This document shows, in pieces, positions 16,631 through 24,749 of a stretch of DNA of 42,828 nucleotides. The notes under the pieces were generated by a model. It ran no database searches. It was not told where the DNA came from and was given only the letters and a program-made list of their open reading frames with translations. The stretch comes from an uncultured Staphylococcaceae bacterium (GTDB lineage Bacteria > Bacillota_I > Bacilli_A > RFN20 > CAG-826): NCBI GenBank assembly GCA_964507285.1, contig CAZDPH010000002.1, positions 1 to 42,828 on the forward strand. Reading direction: 5' to 3'. Every line of letters starts with the position of its first letter. The stretch's first letter is position 1. The position numbers and the translations under genes are program-made.

Positions 16631-17647
16631 TTAATATAAAGATGTATCGCTAATCTTACGAGCTATCATATTACTACCAATAACAAGTAACATTGCAATA
16701 ATTGCATTAAATAAATCAGCACTAGCAGCAATAGCTTTTGATAAAACGTTAATTGCGCCATCTGATGTAGCCATACCAGCATTTCTCATGACATAAGTTG
16801 AAACGATATCTGCTGTTTCATAAATACTATTATTATATAAGAGGTAAACTTTTTCATAACCAACAGTAAATAATTTACCAATTTCAAGAATTAACATAAT
16901 AGTTAAAGTTGAACCAATTCCTGGGAATGTAACATATCTAATTTGAGCTAATTTACTTGCTCCATCCATTCTAGCAGCTTCATAGCTTGTAGGAGAAATA
17001 GATAAAATAGCAGCAAAATAAACAATTGAACCATAACCTGCAGCTTCCCAAATACCTGAAACTTGATATACAGCTCTAAAGTATTGAGGATCTTGTAATA
17101 ATTTAGCACCTTCAGGAATTAAGTGAATTGTAGTTAAGAATTGAGTTAAAACACCACCATTATAAGAACTTGTTTGAGGAGCAACTAATAATTGAACAAG
17201 TGTAGTAACAACAACTAATGAGACAAATTTAGGAAGATATGAGAAAATTTGAACAATACTTCTATAAATTTGATTTTTAACTTCACTAAATAATAAAGCT
17301 AAGATAATAGGAAATGGGAATCCAAATAACAATCCATAGAAAGCTAACATAAATGTATTTCTAAATGCTCTCCAGAATAATGGGTCGGTCATAATAGCTT
17401 TAAATCCAGCTAAACCAACGAAATTACTACCCATAATACCTAAACCAGTATCAAAATCTTTAAATGCAACAGTTAAACCATACATTGGTAAATATCTCCA
17501 GAAGATAAATACTAAGACAAGTGGCAAAAGCATTACATATAAACGCCAATCTTTTAAGACACGTTTACCAACAAATTTCCAATAATTTTTTTCGTAATAG
17601 AGTTGGACACGTTTTCTTTCAAATTCAGTTTTATTTTTTTCTTCCAT
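16631..17647 (-). CDS. ABC sugar transporter permease (LplB/YteP-like)
   Basis: EAA loop YEAARMDGASKLAQIRYVTFPGI. Start moved to MEEKNK (ATG 17647) with AAAGGAATAGG upstream. This removes the overlap produced by the 17677 start. Confidence 0.9.
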   Translation of the reverse strand: MEEKNKTEFERKRVQLYYEKNYWKFVGKRVLKDWRLYVMLLPLVLVFIFWRYLPMYGLTVAFKDFDTGLGIMGSNFVGLAGFKAIMTDPLFWRAFRNTFMLAFYGLLFGFPFPIILALLFSEVKNQIYRSIVQIFSYLPKFVSLVVVTTLVQLLVAPQTSSYNGGVLTQFLTTIHLIPEGAKLLQDPQYFRAVYQVSGIWEAAGYGSIVYFAAILSISPTSYEAARMDGASKLAQIRYVTFPGIGSTLTIMLILEIGKLFTVGYEKVYLLYNNSIYETADIVSTYVMRNAGMATSDGAINVLSKAIAASADLFNAIIAMLLVIGSNMIARKISDTSLY

Positions 17648-17651
17648 AAAC

Positions 17652-18416
17652 CTATTCCTTTTTATCTTTATTCTCATTATCTAAATGAGATTTATATAAG
17701 TCATCCAATTCCTTTAACTCTCTTGCAGTTAATTCACCACCATCAAGTAAATTTGAATTATCAATTTGTCCAAATTCTGTGAAGGGTTTGTCACTATTGA
17801 AATTTGGAGATTCTTGATATTCTTTTAAATGACCTAATTTATTTCTTTCTTGAACATATTTAATATATTCTTTGCTTTCAACAATAAGTTGAGATTTTTT
17901 ATTATTAGCAATAAGCAAAATTATAATTGATATTACTAAACTCATACTTTCTAAGACACATTCAACTCTTAAATTATTAATAAATGTATCAAGAAATGTT
18001 GAATAATTGAACAAGCCAAGAATGAAACATCTTGTTAGAATTACAAAACCATATGAAATTATCAAATATGGAACAAAAACATAATTCTTTTTTAGTTTTT
18101 TTCTACCTATTAAGTATTGAAATATCAAAACTGGAATAATTAATGATATTGCTCCACCTATATAGGCAACATATTGAGAAAGTTCTGAAGACTTCCCTGC
18201 AATACATGCTGCAAGAGCTCCTCCTATTCCAACAATTATTCCCATAATTCCATTTCTATAAATACAAATTAAGGATAAAATTACCGAATAAGATAAAAAA
18301 ATTATTCTATACTCACCTAAAACGGTAGTAGTCGCAAAATAATTTAATAATTCAAATATAACAGCTAGGAAAGTAAAAACACATAAATCGAGAAATTTAT
18401 ATTTTCCTAAACTCAT
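17652..18416 (-). CDS. Hypothetical polytopic membrane protein (5-6 TM) with roughly 75 aa acidic cytoplasmic tail; first gene of the importer operon
   Basis: 254 aa. The hydrophobic core is faintly reminiscent of ECF S-components (not demonstrable by eye). The tail is ...ELTARELKELDDLYKSHLDNENKDKKE. Confidence 0.55.
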   Translation of the reverse strand: MSLGKYKFLDLCVFTFLAVIFELLNYFATTTVLGEYRIIFLSYSVILSLICIYRNGIMGIIVGIGGALAACIAGKSSELSQYVAYIGGAISLIIPVLIFQYLIGRKKLKKNYVFVPYLIISYGFVILTRCFILGLFNYSTFLDTFINNLRVECVLESMSLVISIIILLIANNKKSQLIVESKEYIKYVQERNKLGHLKEYQESPNFNSDKPFTEFGQIDNSNLLDGGELTARELKELDDLYKSHLDNENKDKKE

Positions 18417-18443
18417 CTTCTTGAAACCCCTTACATTGATAAT

Positions 18444-18472
18444 ATTTTAAAATAAATAAAACTTAATGTAAA
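18444..18472 (-). promoter_or_regulatory. Putative sigma-70-type promoter of the importer operon (TTTACA-17-TAAAAT)
   Basis: Read on the minus strand: tttaca ttaagttttatttattt taaaat, about 28 nt upstream of the ATG at 18416. Confidence 0.45.
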
Positions 18473-18476
18473 GAGT

Positions 18477-18488
18477 TTGTTGTATACA
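18477..18488 (-). promoter_or_regulatory. Candidate operator, second copy of TTGTTGTATACA
   Basis: Identical 12-mer to 2304..2315, in the same orientation relative to the downstream operon. It ends 4 nt upstream of the putative -35. Confidence 0.45.
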
Positions 18489-18519
18489 TTAATTTTATTT
18501 TATAATTAAAAAGAAAAAA

Positions 18520-18536
18520 GTTCGTAAAACACGAAC
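18520..18536 (-). terminator. Rho-independent terminator of trpS
   Basis: Minus strand: gttcgt-gtttt-acgaac followed by ttttttcttttt, 9 nt after the trpS stop. Confidence 0.7.
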
Positions 18537-18544
18537 TCTCTTTA

Positions 18545-19633
18545 CTATTTCTTATACTTTTCTTCCATTAATTGAATTAAAGAATCATCATCAAAATAGT
18601 TAATTTTCATACAATCTTTTAATTCTTTTAAATTCTTAGAAGCAATACTTTTAGCGTATTTTGTGCCTTCTTTTAAAGATTCATAGACATAAGGAATATT
18701 ATTTTCTAATTCATGACGTTTAATTCTAATAGGTTCTAAAAAATCATTTAACACATTTTCTAAGAAACGTTTGCATTTAACATCTCCTAAACCACCTTTT
18801 CTATAATGAGTTTTTAATTCTTCTAAATTATTATATTCAGGCCAATATTTTTTAAACATTTCGTCATTACAAAAAGCATCTAAATAAGTAAATACAGCGT
18901 TATTTTCAGTAGATCCTGGATCTTCTATTTTTAAATGATTTGGATCTGTAAACATAGACATAACTTTTTTATGAAGTTCTTCTTTTGTATCGCTTAAATA
19001 TATACAATTACCTAAAGATTTTGACATTTTAGCTTTCCCATCAGTACCAGGAAGTCTTCTTGAATTTAAATTATCTGGAATTAATGCTTTAGGTTCAATT
19101 AAATTCCCATTATATATAGAATTAAATTTTCTAACTATCTCACGAGTTTGTTCAATCATTGGAAGTTGATCTTCTCCTACTGGAACAATATTTGCTTTAA
19201 ATGCCGTAATATCTGCAGCTTGAGAAATTGGATAAGTTAAAAACCCAGTAGGAATTGAATCTCCAAATGCTCTTAATTTTAATTCATTTTTAACAGTAGG
19301 ATTTCTTTCTAATGTAGATAATGTTACTAAATTTAAATAATAGAAAGTAAATTCAGTTAATTCAGATACTTCTGATTGAATAAAAATGTGACATTTTTTA
19401 GGATCTAATCCACAAGACATATAATCTAAAGCTACTTCTAAAATATTTTCTCTAATTTTAGAAGGATTATCATAATTATCTGTTAAAGCTTGAGCATCTG
19501 CAATCATAATAAACATATCATCATAATCACCAGTATTTTGAATTTCTACTCTTCTTTTTAAACTTCCTATATAATGACCTATATGTAATTTTCCTGTAGG
19601 TCTATCTCCGGTTAAAATAATTTTCTTTTCCAT
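18545..19633 (-). CDS. trpS: Tryptophan--tRNA ligase
   Basis: 362 aa. HIGH motif GKLHIGHY, KMSKS motif present verbatim, and the TrpRS-typical GEDQ. Confidence 0.95.
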   Translation of the reverse strand: MEKKIILTGDRPTGKLHIGHYIGSLKRRVEIQNTGDYDDMFIMIADAQALTDNYDNPSKIRENILEVALDYMSCGLDPKKCHIFIQSEVSELTEFTFYYLNLVTLSTLERNPTVKNELKLRAFGDSIPTGFLTYPISQAADITAFKANIVPVGEDQLPMIEQTREIVRKFNSIYNGNLIEPKALIPDNLNSRRLPGTDGKAKMSKSLGNCIYLSDTKEELHKKVMSMFTDPNHLKIEDPGSTENNAVFTYLDAFCNDEMFKKYWPEYNNLEELKTHYRKGGLGDVKCKRFLENVLNDFLEPIRIKRHELENNIPYVYESLKEGTKYAKSIASKNLKELKDCMKINYFDDDSLIQLMEEKYKK

Positions 19634-19708
19634 ATTAAATATTCTTTCCTTAATAATTCTTAATTATTTTATCATAAATATTTATAAAAGTTATTTAAAT
19701 AATAAAAA

Positions 19709-19728
19709 AAGTAAGCCTAAGCTTACTT
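19709..19728 (-). terminator. Rho-independent terminator ending the uxaB-fusion/uxaA/TIM-barrel operon
   Basis: Minus strand: aagtaagc-ttag-gcttactt followed by tttttatt. Overlaps the TAA stop of the 279-aa ORF. Confidence 0.65.
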
Positions 19729-20562
19729 TTTATTAATTATTTTTTTAATTAATTCTAATGAAGTAAGAATATCTTCTCCAGTTACTCCTTCAAAAGTTAA
19801 AACAGCATCATTACAATATTTTTTAACATTATCGATAATAAAATTAAAATCAATAATACCTTTTCCTAATCCACATTGTTTTAATGATTCATTTTCAACA
19901 TAAAAATCTTTTAAATGAATAACTTTAATATTATCTTTAAATGTTGATAAGGCTTCAATAAAAATTTCTTTATAATTTTTATAATTACCAATATATAAAA
20001 GATTATATATATCAATTGTAATTTTTAAATTTGGAGAATTAATTTCATCATAACATCTTTTTAATGTTTCAACATTATACATAATATGCCCATATGCTGG
20101 TTCCATTAAAACTGTTTTATTACATTTTTCAGCATACATTACTAAATCTTTAAAGATTTCGATACTTTCCATGTAACCAGTTTCAGTTTGATTTTTAGGA
20201 TTATATGTCCATTTATCATCATTATAAGATCCAGTTTCACTTCCTACATAATCACAATCTAATAAAGAAGCATATTTAAGATGTTCTTTAAAGTATTTAA
20301 TATTGTTTTTAACTAATTCTTTATTTGAGTGAACTGGATTAAAATACGCTCCAAGCATTGAAACTTTTAATCCAGATTCTTTTAAATAAGGTGCTACTTT
20401 TAATGCATTTTCTTTTGAAAATAACATTATTTCATTATTATCATCTAATAATGCTTTTTTAAATACAAGTTGAATATAATCAAATCCTACGTCCTTACAT
20501 TTTTTAAAAATTGTTTTATATGATTCTTTTGCTAAATCATGTAATCTAATTCCAATTTTCAT
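19723..20562 (-). CDS. Sugar phosphate isomerase/epimerase, xylose-isomerase-like TIM barrel (AP_endonuc_2 fold)
   Basis: 279 aa. MKIGIRLHD...GFDYIQL...VSMLGAY...LMEPAYGH...VIHLKD...TFEG resembles the family's beta-strand/metal-ligand pattern. Specific activity cannot be assigned. Confidence 0.65.
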   Translation of the reverse strand: MKIGIRLHDLAKESYKTIFKKCKDVGFDYIQLVFKKALLDDNNEIMLFSKENALKVAPYLKESGLKVSMLGAYFNPVHSNKELVKNNIKYFKEHLKYASLLDCDYVGSETGSYNDDKWTYNPKNQTETGYMESIEIFKDLVMYAEKCNKTVLMEPAYGHIMYNVETLKRCYDEINSPNLKITIDIYNLLYIGNYKNYKEIFIEALSTFKDNIKVIHLKDFYVENESLKQCGLGKGIIDFNFIIDNVKKYCNDAVLTFEGVTGEDILTSLELIKKIINKK

Positions 20563-20564
20563 TT

Positions 20565-22043
20565 TTATAATGTAACTCCATCTTTAAAGATTGAAATTTC
20601 TTCAAATTTATTAATTTCATTTTTAGCTTTCTTTTCTCCATTAATAATAGAGATAACTAAATCTTTAAAATCATTAAATACTTTTTCTTTATCGATTCCA
20701 TCTACAATTTGACCAGCATTAAAATCAATCCAAGAATGTTTTTTAGATGCTAAATCGCTATTTGTAGCAATTTTTAATGTAGGAACAAATGTTCCAAAAG
20801 GAGTACCTCTTCCTGTAGTAAATAAAATTAAATGACATCCAATACATGCTAAATTTGTACATGCCATTAAATCATTACCAGGTCCATTTAATAAATTTAA
20901 TCCTTTTTGAGTTAATTCATCACCTAAATATAAACAATCATTAACTTGACTTGTTCCAGCTTTTTGAACACATCCTAAAGATTTATCTTCTAAAGTTGTA
21001 ATTCCACCAGCTCTATTTCCTGGAGATGGATTTTCATAACAAACTTGATTATGTGCAGCATAATAAGCTTTAAAACCATTAATTAAATGAACAATTTTAT
21101 TAAATGTTTCTTCATCTTTACTTCTTGCCATTAAAATTTGTTCAGCTCCAAACATTTCAGGAACTTCACTTAAAACAGTTGTGCCACCTTGAGAAACCAT
21201 AAAATCACTCATCATACCAACTAATGGATTTGCACTGATTCCACTAAATCCATCAGATCCACCGCATTTTAAGCCGATATTTATAACTGATAAAGGAGCT
21301 TCAACTCGTTTATCATTAATCATATTAAAATATAATTCTTTTAATAATTTTACGCCTTCTTCGATTTCATCCTCAACATCTTGAGCTTTTAAGAATCTAA
21401 CTCTAGATTCATCATATTCTCCAAGAGTCTTTTTAAATTCATCAAGTTGATTATTTTCACAACCTAAAGCAAAAACTAATACACCACCATTATTTGGATG
21501 TTTAACTATTGCTTGTAAAGTTTCAATAGTATTTTTAAAATCATCTCCAAGTTGAGAACATCCAAATGGATGTTTAGTTACAATAACTTCATCAATTTTG
21601 GATGTATCAACTTCTTTTTCAAATCTTGATTTAATTAAATCTCCAATTGAATTAACGCAGCCTACCATTGGAACAATTAATAAATTATTTCTTATTCCAT
21701 ATTTATTAAATTTTCTTTTAAAAACATTAACTTTAATATCGCAAATACGTTTAAAGTTATCTTTAAAATCGCCACTAAACTTATATTCAAGTTCGCCACT
21801 TAAATTAGTTTCGACATTATGTTCATGAACATGTTCACCTTTTTTAATATCTTTAGTAGCTCTTCCAATTGGATAGCCGTATTTAATAATATTTTCTTTT
21901 ATTGAAATATCTTTTAATGCAAATTTATGACCTTGAGTAATATCTTCAAGTAATGTTACTCCATTATATACTTCACCTTTTTTTAAATTAGCTAAAGCAA
22001 CTGCAACATTATCAATATTATTAATAATAAGAGTTTTATTCAT
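20565..22043 (-). CDS. uxaA: Altronate dehydratase
   Basis: 492 aa. N-terminal SAF domain (NVAVALANLKKGE...GHKFALKDI), then a GD_AH_C-type domain (GCVN...GCEN...KCGGSD...GC..FTTGRGTP). Confidence 0.9.
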   Translation of the reverse strand: MNKTLIINNIDNVAVALANLKKGEVYNGVTLLEDITQGHKFALKDISIKENIIKYGYPIGRATKDIKKGEHVHEHNVETNLSGELEYKFSGDFKDNFKRICDIKVNVFKRKFNKYGIRNNLLIVPMVGCVNSIGDLIKSRFEKEVDTSKIDEVIVTKHPFGCSQLGDDFKNTIETLQAIVKHPNNGGVLVFALGCENNQLDEFKKTLGEYDESRVRFLKAQDVEDEIEEGVKLLKELYFNMINDKRVEAPLSVINIGLKCGGSDGFSGISANPLVGMMSDFMVSQGGTTVLSEVPEMFGAEQILMARSKDEETFNKIVHLINGFKAYYAAHNQVCYENPSPGNRAGGITTLEDKSLGCVQKAGTSQVNDCLYLGDELTQKGLNLLNGPGNDLMACTNLACIGCHLILFTTGRGTPFGTFVPTLKIATNSDLASKKHSWIDFNAGQIVDGIDKEKVFNDFKDLVISIINGEKKAKNEINKFEEISIFKDGVTL

Positions 22044-22052
22044 ATTATTAGA

Positions 22053-24593
22053 TTAGGCTCCAAATTTTGAATTTAAAGCTTCTTTCATTCCTTTTTTACA
22101 AATTAAATCGTAATTTGCTAATACTTTATCTTCTAATCCTGCAATTAAAGTTAAATCTTCACCCCAGAATGCTTTGTTAGCTAAGACACTATGTACTAAT
22201 TCTTTTGAAGATAAACCTTTTGAATATAAATCTGCAAAGAATGCTAAATATTCTGGATTATCATTTAATTTAATATCTTCTTCTCCACGTTTTCCACCAT
22301 AGAATTTAATTAAAGCAGCAAGTGAGAATAATGCATGTTCTGGTAATTCATTTTTAATTTCAATATATTTTTTAACAGTTCTTAAAACTCTTTCTTTATA
22401 TTTTGAAATTGAATTTAATGCAATTGACATTAATTCATGTCTTACGAATGGATTTAAATATCTATCAAAGACACTATCAGCAAATGCAACCATATCATCA
22501 TGAGGTAAATCAATTGTAGGAATAACTTCATTATATACGAAATCTCTTGCAAATTTACCAACTACTGGATTATCAATTGATTCTTTAACAGTATCAATGC
22601 CTGCTAAATAGCTTACTGGAACAATTGTAGTATGGCAGCCATTTAAAATAGAAACTTTTCTTTGTTTATATGGTTTAATATCATCAACATAACGAGCATC
22701 AACTCCACTATTTTCACCACATTTATTTACAGGGAAATGTTCTTCAATCCATGGTTCTTTTCTTAAACACCATAAATTAAAGATTTCGCCAACTACTAAG
22801 TTATTATCAACATAGCCTAATTCTCTTGTAATTTTTGCAAAATCATCACGTGGGAAACCAGGAACAATTCTATCAACTAATGTTGAAGTGAAATGACATG
22901 CTTCATTAACCCATGCAATAAAATCTTCACTTAAAGAAGCAGTTTTAGCTAATTCTAAAACACATCTCTTTAATTCATCACCATTATTATCAATTAATTC
23001 ACAAGCAACAAATCCTAAACCTTTTGATCTATCACCTTTAAAATGTTCGTATCTATGTTTTAATAAAGCAACAACTTTTCCAGGGAATGTTTTTGGAGTA
23101 ACATCAAAATTAATATCACTTCTATCTAATGTAATACCTGCTTCTGTTGTATTAGAAACAACAATTTCTAAATCTTCACTTTCAGCATATTTTAAATATT
23201 TTTCCCAATCTCTATATGGATTAATAAAATCATCTAAAACATCAATAACTTGGTGTTCTCTGACTTTTTTACCATCTTTAATACCTTGTAAGAATAATGT
23301 ATATAAGCCATCTTGTTTTGCTAAATCATCAACTCTACCAAAATCAAGAGGTTGAACAACTACAACGTGTCCATCATAGTTTCCACTATCATTCATTTTT
23401 TGAATCATCCAATCAGTGAATGCTCTTAAGAAGTTACCTTCACCAAATTGCATAATTTTAATTTTACTTTCTTTCTTTTCATGAATTTTTTTACTTAACC
23501 CACCAAAGACAATTTCTTCAGTATCAGCGTTAAATAAAATTGTATTTTTATAATCTACCACAAACTTTAATTCCTTATTAACTTCAAATTTTTCAAATGG
23601 GCTACATTTGATAACCATATTTTTAGTACCAAAGTATCCATAAATATTCATTGTATCACCGAGTAATTCATTAACTTCTACAAGCATAGAAGATTCAAAT
23701 GAATTGTTACGTTTTTCAACTCCGAGTTCACAATGTTCAGGTCTAAAACCTAAAACAACTCTTTCTAATTTAGAAGCACTTTCTAATTTAGATTCATCAT
23801 AACCTGCTAAAGAAACTTTAATTCCTTCATCGCTAATAAAATCAGTTCCTTCAACTTTACCATAAATAAAATTCATTTGAGGATCTCCGATGAATCCAGC
23901 AACGAACATATTTCTTGGTTCAAAATATAATTCTTTTGGTGTACCAATTTGTTGAATGTATCCATCTTTCATAACAACGATTCTATCAGCCATAGTCATA
24001 GCTTCAATTTGATCGTGAGTAACATAAATTGTTGTAGAACCAACTTCATTATGAATTCTTCTAATTTCACTACGCATATTGACTCTTTGAATAGCATCCA
24101 AATTACTTAAAGGTTCATCCATTAAGAAAACTCTAGAATTTTGAATTAATGCTCTGCCTAAAGCAACTCTTTGTTGTTGACCACCAGAAAGTTCTTTTGG
24201 TTGTCTTGCTAAATATGTTTCAATACCTAACATTTTAGCAGTATCATTAACTCTTTTTTCAATTTCATCTTCATCAAATCCAGCAATTCTTAATGCGAAC
24301 GCTAAATTATCATAAACAGACATTGTTGGATATAAAGCATAGCTTTGGAAACACATTGAAACGCCTCTTTCACGAGGTGATAATTTATTACATACTTGAT
24401 CATTAATAATTAATTTTCCACCACTAATATCTTCAAGTCCAGCAATCATTCTTAATGTAGTAGATTTACCACATCCAGAAGGACCAACAAGAATTATAAA
24501 TTCCTTATCTTTAATATTTAAATTAAAATCATGAACAGCATGGAAACCGTTATCATAAATTTTATTTAAATTTTCAATATTGATTGTTGACAT
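22053..24593 (-). CDS. uxaB: Fusion protein: complete MsmX/MalK-type ABC ATPase (aa 1-362) plus full-length tagaturonate reductase/altronate oxidoreductase UxaB (aa ~379-846)
   Basis: Single 846-codon ORF. N-terminal part: GPSGCGKST, LSGGQQQRV, FLMDEPLSNLD, YVTHDQ, and a MalK-like regulatory domain ending ..ILFNADTEEIVF. The linker is GGLSKKIHEKKESKIK. C-terminal part: IMQFGEGNFLRAFTDW..SNTTEAGI..CELIDNNGD..STLVDRIVPG..DDIKPYKQRKVSILNGCHT, colinear with E. coli UxaB. AAAGGAG SD upstream of aa 1. Confidence 0.9.
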   Translation of the reverse strand: MSTINIENLNKIYDNGFHAVHDFNLNIKDKEFIILVGPSGCGKSTTLRMIAGLEDISGGKLIINDQVCNKLSPRERGVSMCFQSYALYPTMSVYDNLAFALRIAGFDEDEIEKRVNDTAKMLGIETYLARQPKELSGGQQQRVALGRALIQNSRVFLMDEPLSNLDAIQRVNMRSEIRRIHNEVGSTTIYVTHDQIEAMTMADRIVVMKDGYIQQIGTPKELYFEPRNMFVAGFIGDPQMNFIYGKVEGTDFISDEGIKVSLAGYDESKLESASKLERVVLGFRPEHCELGVEKRNNSFESSMLVEVNELLGDTMNIYGYFGTKNMVIKCSPFEKFEVNKELKFVVDYKNTILFNADTEEIVFGGLSKKIHEKKESKIKIMQFGEGNFLRAFTDWMIQKMNDSGNYDGHVVVVQPLDFGRVDDLAKQDGLYTLFLQGIKDGKKVREHQVIDVLDDFINPYRDWEKYLKYAESEDLEIVVSNTTEAGITLDRSDINFDVTPKTFPGKVVALLKHRYEHFKGDRSKGLGFVACELIDNNGDELKRCVLELAKTASLSEDFIAWVNEACHFTSTLVDRIVPGFPRDDFAKITRELGYVDNNLVVGEIFNLWCLRKEPWIEEHFPVNKCGENSGVDARYVDDIKPYKQRKVSILNGCHTTIVPVSYLAGIDTVKESIDNPVVGKFARDFVYNEVIPTIDLPHDDMVAFADSVFDRYLNPFVRHELMSIALNSISKYKERVLRTVKKYIEIKNELPEHALFSLAALIKFYGGKRGEEDIKLNDNPEYLAFFADLYSKGLSSKELVHSVLANKAFWGEDLTLIAGLEDKVLANYDLICKKGMKEALNSKFGA

Positions 24594-24670
24594 ATTATTC
24601 TCCTTTTTACTCTATTATTATATTTATTTAAAAAAAATAATTCATTAAGATTAAGTTTTTATAATTATTC

Positions 24671-24689
24671 ATTGTGTTTAAAACACAAT
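24671..24689. promoter_or_regulatory. Perfect 9+1+9 palindrome ATTGTGTTT-A-AAACACAAT in a divergent promoter region
   Basis: Verified base by base. It lies 78-96 nt upstream of the uxaB-fusion ATG (minus strand) and 61-79 nt upstream of the MATE-esterase ATG (plus strand). Confidence 0.5.
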
Positions 24690-24712
24690 AAAAATAATAA
24701 AAAATAAATAAT

Positions 24713-24741
24713 TTTACAGTTTAATAAGTATTATTTATAAT
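24713..24741 (+). promoter_or_regulatory. Putative promoter TTTACA-17-TATAAT, ending 8 nt before the MATE-esterase ATG
   Basis: tttaca gtttaataagtattatt tataat acttaggt ATG, read directly. The spacer is exactly 17 nt. Confidence 0.5.
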
Positions 24742-24749
24742 ACTTAGGT

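Noticed and set aside
19634-19722. T-box riboswitch or other leader upstream of trpS, as is common for Firmicute aminoacyl-tRNA synthetase genes
   Set aside because: Only 89 nt separate the trpS ATG from the upstream stop and terminator, which is too short for a T-box leader. No T-box consensus and no specifier/antiterminator arrangement were seen. Only a plausible TGaTAAAAT extended -10 is present.
23486-23492. The ABC ATPase::UxaB fusion as a simple homopolymer sequencing artefact
   Set aside because: This is not fully excluded and is kept as a caveat in the finding. I judge it less likely for two reasons. A -1 shift in the run would give the ATPase a roughly 20-aa out-of-frame tail overlapping uxaB. 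It would also leave UxaB to start at Met381, lacking the usual roughly 15-20 residues before the QFGEGNFLRAF motif and lacking an SD. The in-frame reading supplies those residues as the linker.
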